Shown here: positions 1-13,397 of the stretch, in pieces
Position numbering within the stretch: the stretch's first letter is position 1
Layout: every line of letters begins with the position of its first letter
NCBI GenBank assembly: GCA_036630325.1
Contig: CP142729.1
Coordinates: 744,001 to 808,000 of the forward strand
Direction: 5' to 3'
Origin: Vairimorpha necatrix
Lineage: Eukaryota
Length of the DNA: 64,000 nt
Made by a program: the position numbers and the translations under genes
The notes under the pieces: generated by a model
Databases searched by the model: none
Told to the model about the DNA's origin: nothing
What the model saw: the letters and a program-made list of their open reading frames with translations, nothing else

Positions 1-37
1 TTGAAAAAAAATAAGAAAACGATTTAAAAATGTTTTT

Positions 38-985
38 TTAATTCAGTAGTTTAGATAAAAGATCAACAAAACCCTTATAGAAGTCTCCCATATCATCTTC
101 TCGAAGCATAAATTTCCTATACATAAATTCATCGAGCCATGTATCTATCTCCGACCGTTTTACTCCATGTTCTTTGGTCATTTCAGACTTAAGTTGAGAC
201 CATACGTTCTCAATATTATTTGTATGAATACCATCAGGAGATAAAAAACCTATAGAATGATTAACAACTTGATGACTTAGACATAAATTTTCTGCCACCC
301 CAGGATAACTAGGATGACCATCGCTATGTAAAACCGAACCTACACAAATTCTTCCCTCTAGAGCAGCAGTAAGGCACTCAATGGTTCTTTTCTCTACCCT
401 CGTAATGTAGAAGTTTGAAGGATTTTGAGCATCTATTATGCCCAAAATCCAAACGGTGTCCCTTATAAAGTCGTCCGAAGAGGTAGGAGATCTTATTTTA
501 CCCCTTCTGCATATAACAGACTCATCTACTTGAACGACTTGCCCGGGTCCTCCGATTATAATTCTATTCTTTAGCAAATCTTTATAGATCTTTCTGAGGC
601 TGCTTTTTACGGCAGAGATTGTAGCTGTTGAAACGCCCAATCTTGCCATCAACTGAAAGTAAGAATATCTGCATAATATTCCAAATACAAGGTCACAGAA
701 TGTATGAAGAGGAACCTTGCAGCCTTTATTCACAGCCAACCGCGCACTGCATTTGTAGTTCGAACAGCGATATGCTACTCTTGTAACGATTTCTTCCTTG
801 ACAGGACCCAATCTCATGTTACATCCACATTTGGAACATGATTTTTGCTCCTTCAGCACTTCTAAGTCAATTAAAGCTTCTAAACAAGTGTCAACGTTAT
901 AAAAAAGCCTTTGTATATTCACAAGTTTAATTTTTGTGCTTTTCTTTAGTAACGTGCCGGAGTTTTCTAAATCGATGTTGTCCAT
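38..985 (-). CDS. Merlin / IS1595-family DDE transposase (likely start ATG at 985)
   Basis: N-terminal CxxC..C..C zinc ribbon; GGPGQVVQVDES, LHSDGHPSY, VNHS-GFLSPDGIHTNNIENVWSQLK motifs; ATG 985 preceded by microsporidian CCC-type motif (TACCCCTAAAATG); probable TIR begins GGTGCATC at about 1047. Confidence 0.92.
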   Translation of the reverse strand: MDNIDLENSGTLLKKSTKIKLVNIQRLFYNVDTCLEALIDLEVLKEQKSCSKCGCNMRLGPVKEEIVTRVAYRCSNYKCSARLAVNKGCKVPLHTFCDLVFGILCRYSYFQLMARLGVSTATISAVKSSLRKIYKDLLKNRIIIGGPGQVVQVDESVICRRGKIRSPTSSDDFIRDTVWILGIIDAQNPSNFYITRVEKRTIECLTAALEGRICVGSVLHSDGHPSYPGVAENLCLSHQVVNHSIGFLSPDGIHTNNIENVWSQLKSEMTKEHGVKRSEIDTWLDEFMYRKFMLREDDMGDFYKGFVDLLSKLLN

Positions 986-1339
986 TTTAGGGGTAAAAAA
1001 ATATTTTTTAAAAAAACAAAATCCCGGCACGTTACTAAAGATGCACCCCTTAATTAATCTCACGCACGTCGTTTCCCCTTTAAATCTCGCCAAAAATAAA
1101 CTAGACAGCTCCTCAAATCCACACATAAATGGAACTGTCTCAACTCATAGTTTTGCTTCCCTCTTAGGCAGTTTAAAAACACAAATAAAAGTTGACTCCT
1201 CTATTTATATACCCCTGCATAACATCTTAAAGTCTTCAAAAAAGTATCTAAATCATCTTCTGTTTTCTCATTAAACGTTATCCCAAACAATTTTTCATTC
1301 GTTGTCGCCAAATTATTGTCAGTAAACATTTATTATAAC

Positions 1340-2200
1340 ATGAGGGGTACAAATAATAAGGAATAAATATTACAGAAAGGTACATACCACATTGTGGAAT
1401 TTTTTTAAATCATATATACAAATGAAATAAAATTATCTCTATTCTATATCTTTTCTATTTGGGTTAGAATTATTTAGAGATCTCCAATTACCTTCTGTGG
1501 TATTGGTATGTAATCCTGCATCTGGCTCTAAAATGTAATGTGTGTGTAATCATATGATGCTGTACAAATATTGTATTTGCGAAATGATCCGCTCTATATC
1601 ATCGCTATATATTATGCTGCTTCTACCTACAAATTTTGGTAGAAGTATAGTAAATGTTCTTTTACCTCTTTTCTTAATATAGCCTAGCATAATTTTACGT
1701 TAAATAATACGTTCAATAATTCGAAAATACCAAAATCTTTTTACAAACTTCCCGGGGTGTTATATTCTTCCCCATCTTAGTCTGATCAATTGCCAATATA
1801 ATATTTTCGCCTCCAACGTTTCTTATAATAGATAAATACTTATCATAAATATTCGTTTCTTTTGCCCATTTAGCACGTTATTATACTAACGCTAGTACGA
1901 CCTAAAATTTGAGAAATAGACTTAGCGGATAACCTAGAATTCACATATTTAGCATTTGCAATTTTTTAACGTGATTTAGCTAGAATCGCGAATGTTTGTT
2001 TCATTCCAAATTGACATTGTGTTTTTACATGAGCTTCATGAAAACGATATAAGACTTCTTCGTTTCATTTTTGCCATACATACGCTAAATTTTTTATTCG
2101 TTTCTCAATTACAAGATAATTACATTGAATTTTCATTCTTCTCTTGATCAAATTCTTTCCTTCATTTTTGAAATAAAGGGGCAAAAAATAACAAACCCCC
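1340..2200 (-). pseudogene. Decayed Merlin transposase relic
   Basis: Minus-strand translation near 1490-1545 gives HYILEPDAGLHTNTTEGNW, matching the Merlin H..F.DP..G.HTN.IE..W motif; many stops; ends approximate. Confidence 0.6.
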
Positions 2201-2275
2201 CCCCCTATATCGATTTTTTGTAGCTAATGTTTACTTTAGACGAAAATTTTTATATATTTTAAACCTCATCTATGC

Positions 2276-2546
2276 TGTCAAGGAACAGTTCTCCAGTGGT
2301 CCTAAGATTACCCTGGAGACTAAAAAATTATATTCTAAGTATTCTCTTCCTTTCCCAATAATGTTTTTGGAGGGAAAATAATGTAGATTTTCCCTCCGAC
2401 AAACATAAAAGAAATTCATGCCCAGAAGGGTATGAAGGATAATAAAAAAATATGGTTTAAAACATTCTTCTCGGTCCGTTGGGAAACCAACAGACCACAT
2501 ATGCAACGGAAAAAAGAAAAAAGCTATATAAAACAATTTCCTAACA
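2276..2546 (+). repeat. Dispersed ~250-bp LTR-like repeat starting TGTCAAGG (copies at 3340-3567 and 13135-13386 on the opposite strand)
   Basis: Shared blocks TGTCAAGG-AACAG-TT-TCCAGTGGTCC, GAGGGAAAAT and GAAGGG-ATGAAG in three places; no TSD found. Confidence 0.6.
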
Positions 2547-2832
2547 AGTATATTTTAAATTTTTATATTCTAAAAGGGGAAATCATAAACTGTGTTTTTT
2601 AAAACACTCTTTGTGTGACAAATCATCAAAATTTGTCTTAAACATAGGATTGGCATCGATGATAATATTTTTAACCGTTTTAAAGCAACAGATAGCTCTA
2701 TTTTTGCATTTATAGATTTTTTATGTTTTTACAGTTTTTTTGTGGGGGAAAAAAAATAAAAAACAATTTTGACCATATTTTACAACTATAATCGCAAATT
2801 CAAAAATTGATGAAAATTTTCCTAGCTTTAAG

Positions 2833-3151
2833 TGACTAGGCCCAGAGAGCTAACTCTGAGACAATATAGCATAATTATTTTAAAATAATTTAAATTAATT
2901 TTTAGATGGCTCCGTTGGCCATGGGCAAGGAAATTTCGATTATCCCTGGCGTAATCGCTCTTCTTTGGTATAGTACCTCAAGATTAATCGTTATAGTGTT
3001 TTAGTGTTTCTTTTATCCTCTGAAATTGTGGGGTGGGGTAAAATTTAAATAAATAATTAATTTTTGGAATAGACCGGTCGAATGGCCTATTTTCCAAAAA
3101 GGGGAAATTAATAAAATAAAAATGATTTTCTTGTATAATTACAATACCATA
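2833..3151 (-). mobile_element. Solo LTR, family B
   Basis: Homologous to 29787-30090 and 51943-52245 (AATAGAC..GTCGAATGG.CTATTTTCC); 5-bp TSD TTAAG on both sides. Confidence 0.85.
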
Positions 3152-3949
3152 TTAAGCATCGTATGCACGTCCTTCTTCTTGAATCATTTAGCTTATATTT
3201 TGGAGGTACATTGTAATAATTAGTCATAAATATATACTTTGAAGACTACAACTAGACGAATAATGGGGTACAATTTAAAAAAAGTTTTATATATGTCCGA
3301 ATATACGCCATTTGAAATCGTTAACTCTTCCAATATATTGACTTCTGTTTTATATGTGGCTGTTGGTTTCTCACCAGGCCGAGAAGAACGTTTTAAGCCT
3401 GTCTATTTATCATCCTTAATACCCTTCTGGTTTGAATTTTTTATGTTTGTATAAAGGGAAAATATTACGTTTCCCCTCTAAAAACATCATTGAAAGAGAA
3501 TACTTATAGAAAAATATTCTCTGGTCTCGGTAGAAAAATATAAACACTGGAATTCTGTGCCTTGACGATGTATTATATAAGACCAACATGACGTAATATC
3601 TTATACATCAAACCGAAACCTTAGCTTTTTGTTGATTTATTTACATATAAACAAACAATAAAATAATGAGAGAATACCCATATCTTTAGGAATGGAATAA
3701 AAAAGAATAATCCTTAAGTTTGAAAATTTTTTATAGCGAATTTTACTTCAGAAGGAGGTGTAATCATTTTTCATTAAGAACATTAACGAATGATAAAATA
3801 AATAATTAAATAAATCCGATGACAAATATAGTAAACTATTAATTATATCCATTGTTTTGGTTATACCAATCGACTTTGTTTATTAGTTTTAAAACATCAC
3901 TAATAAATATACTCTTTTTGCATGCCAACTCGTTGATATGAAATCTCGG

Positions 3950-4503
3950 CGCTTCTTAAGTTCAAAGTCACAGGGATTAAAAAAATAAAAAAAAAACAAG
4001 AAACATTTATTCTAACAAGAGTATTTCGGTAAAAGTTTCTGCATATGTATCAGAATTCTTCTCTTTTAAAATTTAGATCTAAATTAAAACTCGTCTATAA
4101 AATCTTTCATATTTACCTTCATTATTCCTCTTCTTGTTCTCAATTCGGTCTTTAAATGACTCCACAGATTCTCTATTTTGTTAGTATGTTGTCCATTGTC
4201 ATCGGTAAAACCAACACTTCAATTAACGACTTCATGAACAAATTTGAAATCGCGTACAGCAGAACGGTACGAAGCAAAACCATCAATCTTATGTAGTTCC
4301 TTTTACTACATCATCCCTAAATAGATCTAGCATTATAGGGACAGCCCTATTAGGAACTATTTTTAAAAAGCAATTGTTTCTTTCATTTTCTATACCTCCG
4401 ACTAGCCAAGTCGTCCATGGATATCGACTTCTTCTGCCGTAGGATTCGTAATTATACAACCTCTACATATTTCTGTCTCGTCGACTTGAATAGTAATTCC
4501 CGG
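3950..4503 (-). pseudogene. Decayed Merlin transposase, interrupted by the LTR element at 4504; its TIR is probably at 8440-8492
   Basis: Minus translation PGITIQVDETEICRG..ITNPT..VGGIE resembles the intact transposase at 38-985; 8440-8492 matches the TIRs at 22320 and 26273. Confidence 0.7.
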
Positions 4504-5189
4504 TGTGGTATAACGGATAATACCACATGGTTTATAAATAACCAAAGGACACTAAAACGTTGATGCTTCCAGGAATGATCAATTATAGTCAGTTATTATT
4601 GGTCAGCCTTATCACATTTCTTTTCTATTGGTTACTATGTAATAAAAAAGAAAAAATTCCATGAACAACATGGTACAACATCTGAACAATAACAAACACT
4701 CTTCCTTCTACAAATCAGAAAAAACAAAACTCTTTTCATAACAATAAACAATCTTTTCCTTCCAACTATCTAAACTCCGGTTTTCACGGCTTCCCAGACC
4801 GTAGCATCATTGAATGCTTCCTTGCTACAAGCAAGCTCCCCGGTAAACACGCCAATTTGAGCTCAAATGGCTATACGAAAAAAGAGTTCTCATCTGAAAA
4901 TAAACATTCCTCGCTGAATTCACGCGAACCGTAGAAGGAACTGAAACTACCATCAGAGAGCATATACAAAAAATTTATAATATTAAAACCGATCTTTAGC
5001 TCAGAAATCTAAATGATTTGAAACACTTTACAGTTATAACAAGTGGAACGACTCTCAAGCTGGACAAATATTACCATAGCTTAATTTACGATAGCACATA
5101 CAAAGAAAAACTTGAAAAAAATAGCTATATTGCTCTAAGAAAATAGCTTCTTGATATACTTTACCCAAAAACAAATTACAGAATACTTT

Positions 5190-5367
5190 TATGATATCCT
5201 AAATATCATAAAAATAGTTTATAAATATTTCCCTCCAAATTCTTCCAGTTTTCCCTCCAACATTTATTTTAATATTTTATCTGGAGAGGGGTACGGAGTT
5301 ATGGAAAGAAGAAGTAATATTAATAATAAAAATATTTTACATACTTTTCTCATTGGTGGATACCACA
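5190..5367 (+). mobile_element. Solo LTR, family C, nested in gag of family A copy 1
   Basis: TSD ACTTT on both sides; ends GGATACCACA; homologous to 17740-17918 and 20941-21118. Confidence 0.85.
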
Positions 5368-5920
5368 ACTTTCTAATAAAATAGTTTAACTTAAGCAGAC
5401 GGACTATAAAACCATAAATGAATATATGGAGAAAATTTTAAAAGAATTAGAAGGATATATACACGTAAATGAATTGACAAGGAAGGAGGTAGAAAGAAAA
5501 CAAGAAGAAATTTTCTTTAAAGGTCTAGGTACACACACCACAATAAAAATTACAGACCAACGATTTAAATCGCTTCATTCGAAGAAGTAATTAATTTTTT
5601 ATCGGAATTAAAAGAAAATATCTTAGCACAATTAACAGACGCGAAACAATACTGTGCAACTACTATATCTGACTCTAAAGTAAAAAAAAAGTTTTTCAAA
5701 CAAAAAATGTTTTAAGTATCATCAATCAAAATTTCATAACACAAAGGACTGTTCCTTGCACACGAACGATAAAGAACATAAAAGGAATTTATTAATTACT
5801 GAAATAAAAACAAATACATCCGATGGAATTAAAATTTTAGAAAAGCAGCAATCTAAAATAAACAATTTTTCATTGATACCGGCGCAACACACAATTATAT
5901 TCACAGAAATTTTTTAAAAG

Positions 5921-6876
5921 TGTTACCGCCATCATTTGCGGCATCAATAAAGGACTAAAACAAGATATTTCAAACGTTTCATCTCAACCTGAAACATAAT
6001 TGTTTCAGGCTGAGAATAAAACTACATAAAGAAATTATATAAATAAATAATATGTCTCTAGTAAAGAATTTTTTTTCTAAATACCAAGCCTCAGACTACC
6101 CCATATTCGCCTTCAGGTAACACTGGCGACAACTTTGCGAATCCAACGACAATGGAACATTTATTAGAAAAACTTGGAGTTAACATTGGACTTAGAATGA
6201 TATCCTACAATGGCAAATCAAACAACAATGCATGGCCATGGATAAATCAATTCAAATACTTAAAAGGTGGATGGAAGGATCAGAAAATGCTCGCTTATGC
6301 TAAAAAATTTCTTTCTGAATCACAATAAAATTGTTCGAAGCCGTAATCGAAGATAACTGTACTTCTTATGCAGAACTTAAACTTAAATTTCTAAATAAAT
6401 ATGGGAAGAAAGAGCTGAAGCAGAACGCGAATCCAATTAAAATTATCTATAAGAAAGTTTATGAAGGTCCAATGCAAGGAAGCATTGAAGATTTTATACA
6501 CGATCTGATGATTTTGAACAAGAAAACGGAAGGCTCGTATCTAATCAAAAGTTTGGAGGATGACACAGAACATCACATTAACCGCAGTGATTTCGTAACA
6601 TTCAAGACAGAAGAAAATTTGTCAGAGAATACCAAGTCGATCTTAGACGGACGCTCCAATTAGAAGAGCGAAGAGTGTTACCGCCATCACATGCGGCACC
6701 AATAAAGGACTAAAACAAGATATTTCAAACGTTTCATCTCAACCTGAAACATGATTGTTTCAGGCTGAGAATAAAACTATGTAAAGAAATTATATAAATA
6801 AATAATATGTCTCTTAAAAAGAATTTTTTTTCAAATACCAAGCCTCAGACTACCCCATCTTTGCCTTCAGGTAACA
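5921..6876 (+). mobile_element. Mini LTR element (TRIM/TR-GAG-like) nested in the protease of family A copy 1
   Basis: ~200-bp LTRs 5921-6122 and 6676-6876 (TGTTACC...GGTAACA); PBS TGGCGAC; PPT AGAAGAGCGAAGAG; TSD AAAAG; ~550-bp interrupted gag-like interior. Confidence 0.9.
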
Positions 6877-9800
6877 AAAAGAAAAAAAATCTAAAACCTA
6901 TCGAGGCAAAACCAGAAACCATGATATTTTTAAGTGGAACTAAGGAAACGACATCGTCATCTGTTGAAACAAAAGTTTCATTTGACGAAAAAGAATTTTT
7001 TGTAAAATTCTATGTTTTAGAAAGAATACCAGAAGATATAATTTTACGATATGAATTTCTTGTCGTTAACAATGCGATATAAATATAAGCAAAAAATGCT
7101 AGTTTTGGAGAACATTAAAAAAATTCCTTATATCGATGCAGCAAAACGACCGAAGAGTCTCTTGATGAAGTACTAAACGAAACCAAGCGCCTACCCATTG
7201 TTTCAGAAGATAAAAAGTTAACAAATACTCATAAACGCCCACGAAATACACAATTAGAATCACCAAGGTCACATGAACGAATATCAACGGACATATTCGG
7301 ACCGTTCAAATATTATGAACAAAAAGACAATTCAACTCCCGAGGAAAAGACAGGATAAATCCTGAATATATCAGATATATTTTCGAGAAAGAGCAAATTA
7401 TTCTTCTTTAAATCTATAAAAACAAGACAAATAATCGAGTCGATAGATCACTGGACAAAAATAAAAGAACAGCCTAAGCACGTAATATCAGATAACGGCA
7501 GGCAATACACGTCCTCAGCACTAAAGAACTATTTTAAAGAAGCAGGAATAAATCATATATTTATACCTACATATACACCCAAATCTAACGAAATCACCGA
7601 GCAAATAAATCAGACCATCGCCTTTATATTATCCAGTAATAAAAATTAAAGTATATATAAAACAGTTAAAGCAGCCGACAAAACTCCCAACATAAACTAT
7701 AATAGAGGAATTCGCGCGTCGCCATATATGATAGCCAATAAGCTCGACTTATATGACATTGAGAATAGGCCACAAACATACACACCAAAGAAAAATTCTA
7801 TTAAACACATATCACCTCTCATGGAAAAAGATATAGTTTATAAAAGAAATTTGTGCGCCTCTAAACTTGATCGTAAATATGAATCAAAAAAAATAATTGA
7901 AGAAGTTGGATCTAAAGGGAATTGGATACGACTTAAAGGCGATAAGACATGGACGCATATTCGAAATTTGAAGTTCTGAAGGAGGCCAGTATGTGATATA
8001 ATGGATCATACCACATGATTTATAAAAACAAATAAATACTAAAACGCCGATGCTTCTTCGAAACGATCAGTTATGGTCGACTATTATTGGTCAACCAAAT
8101 CTTATTTCTTTCTATTGGGTACTATGTAATAAAAATAGAGAAATTCCATGAACAACATGGTACAACATCCGAACAATAACAAACACTCTTCCTTCTACAA
8201 ATCAAATAAACAACATTCTTTTTATAACAATAAACAACCTTTTCCTTCCAACTATCTAAACTTCGGTTTTCACGGCAATCAACCCCGTAGCATCATTGAA
8301 TGCTTCCTTGCCACAGGCAAGCTCCAAGGTAAACACGCAAAGTGCCTTTTACAGTTTCTCGGCGCTTTCCAAATTTCCATTAATCAACGGATAAATTTCT
8401 TCTTTCATTATTATAAATGAATTATTAAGTCTCTTTTTTTTTATTTTTCCCTTTTTTAAATTTTTCAAAGCGGGTTCAAAACGGTCATGTCCGAAGTGTG
8501 ATACGCGTAAAATATTCCAATGTTCATTCTAAGACATTTTACATGATGTAATAAATAGTTTATAATAAAGAAGCTCATGCTTTCATTCCTTTAGCAACGA
8601 AGTCTTCTATTTTATTAGCTAAATAAAAAAGACGAAGCTGAAATTACTCAAAATTCAATTAAATTAGTTTATTAATTGGGTAATATTGTTTTGTTATATT
8701 TTCCTTTGAATTTTAAAATTCTGTTTTTTTACTTTAATTTGTTTAAAAACCACATGCAACAGTTTTACTCAAGCTCAATAGTGCGCTTATAAACCATTAT
8801 GTTATGATCAGACCTCATCTTAAATGTCATGTTAAAAGTATTTCTGTAAAAGTAAAAAGACCTTCATTCATTTTTTTTATTGCTTTAATTTGTTTATTAT
8901 AAGGAATTTACATATGTTTTCTTGTATTTCGTTTTTCTTTGTATTTTATATAATGGAAACATGTCGCAGAATTCGTGGCATTGATACATGTATCATTAAG
9001 CAATATTGTTTATAAGTTGTATCAAAAAAAAATTCGTTATACTCGGCAATGTTTATCGTCATCTCTCCTCTTAGTACTATGTTTAAATACACACAAGAAT
9101 ATTCGACAAAAAAATGATATATATATATATGTCGATATTTAATTGTTTATTAGATTTTTCATCTCTTCCTTCCATCTTGCTTAGGGGTAAAATATAAAAG
9201 TTTAAAATATTAAAATAATAAAAAACATCAAACGTGTAGCAGCTTTTGGGCACCTACGACAATATATATTGGTGAGCCAAGAAACCCCCAAATAGACCGA
9301 ATTTTATGGTCTCTCTAATGCAAGAGTTAATAAAAAACATAAAATCGAAATTAATAATGAGTTTAATATATTATCATTTAGTTCCTGACTAATGTATTGT
9401 TATTCATTAGAACATGTGTAAGCATTTTGTACTAGGTGTTTATGGAATAAAGAGTTTTTTAATCACTAGATCCCTTCAGTGACTAAAAAATTTATAGAGG
9501 AAAATCATACTAGTACGTCTTTCATACAGTCATCTTTTAAAAATCTCTAATACTAACGGGTTACGATCATCTGCCATAATCTAAGGAAAAAAAAGAATTA
9601 TAGACTGGTACTAACGGACCCGATGATTCCGATTTTTTTTTGAGTTTACCTTTTTGTTAGAAGGCATGTATGTATTGTCTTGTGTTTAAACAACATGCTA
9701 ATCTCCTCATTTCTATTACAAAATATTATGCATTTTATAAAGAAGTACACAATAAAAAATTATCAGAAAAAAAGATTGGAATGATAAGAATCTATCAATA

Positions 9801-11231
9801 ACAAAATTTTACAATTTAATAATATGCCCCATAGGACAGTATATACTAACCGGGGTTATGGTACCATAATGGGCTAGAATTAAAGAAAAATATTTGACCA
9901 TAATGTGTAAAAAATATAATCTGATGAATCTTTTGAAAGAATCAACAGAGCGTCGATATGCTCAAGATTCTTGTCATTGTTTTAACTGTTTCAAAACTAC
10001 TGATTTAAATATAAAAGACAGTCTTTTAATGTAACAATTAAGTCTGTTTTGGCTTCTTACCAGATAATATAAAAGTATTGAAGCTACATAAACTTCTTTT
10101 AATGATGTTTGTTTCATTTTGGGGTCATTAAAACTAAAAAAAATAACAATCTTTATAAAATTAATATTCTTGGCAAAAAAATCGAATGTGATGGATTTTT
10201 TTTAATCTCAAGGAATAAAAACATAAATTTTCAACAACTGTGTGCTAAATATTTAGGTATTAAGTGAGATTGGGACGCCATGTATGGGGTCGTTGTCGGG
10301 ACGTGATTGTCGTGCGATATTTTATGAATAGAAAATATTTCCCGGGAATTTTTTTTTAACGCTAATGACGCCTTTTGTTGGAGAATATTTGAACGATTAC
10401 AAACTTATAATGATTCTAAAACTTTACATTCAAGTTATACACAAGAGAAATATTTTCTAAGAAAACATGAATATTATATATTGGCCCGCAGAACTCGAGT
10501 TTTTTGCTTGCAGTGTTTTGATCTTTTGAAATATAAATAAATTTAGTTGATATTATAATTTTTTTGCGATCGGCTAAAGCATATTAAAACAAGTTTTTCA
10601 TGAAGAGTCCTAGAATCAAAAGTAAATGTAAAAAATCTAGCATCATCTAGATTAAGTATAACACTAGTTTGTATTTGATGATGTTTCAACTGCTAAACAA
10701 ATTTAGATTCAGATCATCCTAGTGACGTATTACAAATTATAATCGAAGAAAAATACAACGAAATGTTCGGATGTGAATGGGTATAAGGTAAACATCGTCT
10801 ACAATTAGATAAGCATTGTCTGTAATGAAATATGCTATCCTGGCGGGCTGCTGTGGTGTTTTGTGAATGGTAAACATAAAACTTTTCAGTGATTTAAGGG
10901 ATGCCCAAAAACAAATTTATAGTGTTCGATGTAATGCTATGCAGATATAATACGAGAAATTCAAGGGGAATACTTACCATCAAAAACTATTTGGTACAAT
11001 TCTTGTTATTGTAAAATATTAACAAAACTTTGGAAAAAATGATTATAACTAGGTTGATATATATGTTTTAACTGCAATTTTTATTGAAAACAAGACTACT
11101 ATTATATGAGAAATGTACATAAAATATGGACCTTAAACAAATTGGCAATTTATATAAATCGAAAAATTTATGAACTATGGGTTTGTAGTGTCGATATAAA
11201 GTATAATAATATGCATTATTAGATATCATAT

Positions 11232-11580
11232 TGTGGTATAATGGATCATACCACATGATTGTTAAAAACCAATAAATACTTAAACGCTGATGCTTATTCG
11301 GAACGATCAGTTATGGTCGACTATTATTGGTCAGCCAAATCTTATTTCTTTTCTATTGGTTACCATGTATATAAATAAAGAAATTCCATGAACAACATGG
11401 TACAACATCAGAACGCAAACAAACACTCTTCCTTCTACAAATCAGATAAACAAAACTCTTTTCATAACAATAAACAATCCTTTCACTCTAACTCTTTTAA
11501 CTCCGGTTTTCACGGCACCCCAAACCGTAGCATCATTGAATGCTTTCATGCTACAGGCAAGCTTCCCGGTAAACACGCCA
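11232..11580 (+). mobile_element. Solo LTR, family A
   Basis: TGTGGTAT...CACGCCA, 349 bp, TSD CATAT. Confidence 0.93.
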
Positions 11581-13397
11581 CATATGAACGATTTAGATAC
11601 GTCAATAAAATTTTGCGGGTTTAGTATGCGTGATATTAAAAATATTTTGTAGTTTAATAATATTTTAAATTTATAAGATTTGTAAAAAAATACATAGGCC
11701 TAATGTTACCCCCCTCCCCTTCCAAAAAACATACAATATATTTCTGCAGATATTCATTAATCCTAATGAATTTATTATATTTTAAACCTCGCTTTCCTCT
11801 ACCCAGAGGCAGATTTTTTTGTATCTGCTCTGATACCTACTGTTATGGCCGATCAAAGTGTCTTCTGTTTTAAAGCATCTATGAAATACCGTGGATTTTA
11901 TCACGAAATTTTTTAGCCATATTAGCAGTATTAGCGACTATAGTACGGACCCTATCTGGTTTAGCCTTACTACAACACATTTTACAATTTTGCCGGCTTG
12001 CTTTACTAGTTTAATTTTTATAACTGAAGGTCTTCCACCACTATAGTTAGTTTGTGTACTGAATCTCCGTTTTTTCCAGCCTGCAATATTATCATCGCAA
12101 AAGATCTTCAATTCAGTATATATTAATTGTTTTTGTGTCAAATACAAATAATATCATCACATTTCATTTTTATTCGTTTAAATCATAAAATTATCTTTAA
12201 AAATTATTCTGTTACCGTTATTGCTATTTTATGCTCAGTTATGTCACATAAGTTCCCAGTATCTTCAAAAGATAAAAAGCTTTGTCCATATTTTTAAGGT
12301 AAGGCAACCCCCCTGTATCACTCAAACTTTTGCATACACTAAAATTTATTTTTATAATGAAATTTTTAATTTTTTATTATGCATTACCATATTCTGAATT
12401 TTTTTTATTATGTTCAATATTGAATGTTATCAATTTTTTTTGAATTTAGAACTTATTTCCCGAATGCATTCCACCACCTAAAATATTAAAATAAGGTGTT
12501 GTCATTATGTAATGTTTCCGTTAATTTGTGCAATATACCCATCCAAACAATTGAACATTATTAAGGCGTGCTTATTTTTTACAACACTTGGAAATAGGTG
12601 CAAAATACTTTTTACCCTGATAATGTCTTTATTATTGCTTTTATCTATTTCCAATATTATTTCATCTTTTTAAATGAGCCTAAGAAATTCATAGCCGTAT
12701 CTCTAAGTTTGAGATCTCTTTAGTATCAATGTTTTGGAGGTCTAGTCAATCGGCTTCCCTTATATTTTATTCTATTGTAAGTTGTAACATACATTTGTTT
12801 GATCCCACCGATGCTTCAGCTGGGCAATATAAAACAATAATATTATTTTTAAAATATATATATTTTAATGAAAGATTTACTCTACTATCTAATATGGTTT
12901 TTTTAGATTTTAAATTTTTATTTTCATAAAATTACTTGCTTGTTATTTTATATACAATAACTGACAAAAAATTTATCGTTTTATTATATTTGATTTTGAC
13001 AAATGATTTTTAAACAGTTTACAGTCATTTTATTTGTTCCATTTTACCCAATAAAATACGAAACAATATATAACAGACAAAAAAAAAATATTTAAAAGAA
13101 ATAAGTTAGTTTTAAAATTTTAAATTTAAATTTGTTAACATTTTATTAAATTCTTTATGTGTGCTGTTGTATGTCCAACAGTCCTCGAAGAATCTTTACT
13201 ATTAAATGGTTTATTAAATTTCTTCATGCCCTTCTAGGGATGATTTTCTTTTATGTTTATGGGCGGGAAAATGTGGTACATTTTCCCTCTAAAAACATAA
13301 TTACAATAAAAGAAAAAATCTCTATATGCTAGTATTCTCTGGCCTCCGGGGTAGGCGTAGGACCACTGGAAAACTGTCCCTTGACACTTTATTTAAA

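Larger units (their letters stand above)
4504..8340 (+). mobile_element. LTR retrotransposon, family A copy 1 (gag-protease-integrase, no RT/RNaseH), decayed
   Basis: LTRs 4504-4854 and 7992-8340; FIDTGATHNYIH protease; ISTDIFGPF and ISDNGRQYT integrase core; purine tract GAAGGAGG before the 3' LTR; no TSD match. Confidence 0.88.

Noticed and set aside
986-1126. 47-aa N-terminal extension of the Merlin ORF
   Set aside because: Runs through the probable TIR into flanking DNA; ATG 985 has the CCC motif
11700-12900. Possible DNA-transposon relic (HTH-like piece ending GGRPSV)
   Set aside because: No catalytic motif or matching TIR pair could be confirmed
13340-13386. GTAGGACCACTGGAAAA resembling the 3' half of 5S rRNA
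   Set aside because: Part of the dispersed TGTCAAGG LTR-like repeat; the rest of 5S is absent. No 5S gene recognised in the window
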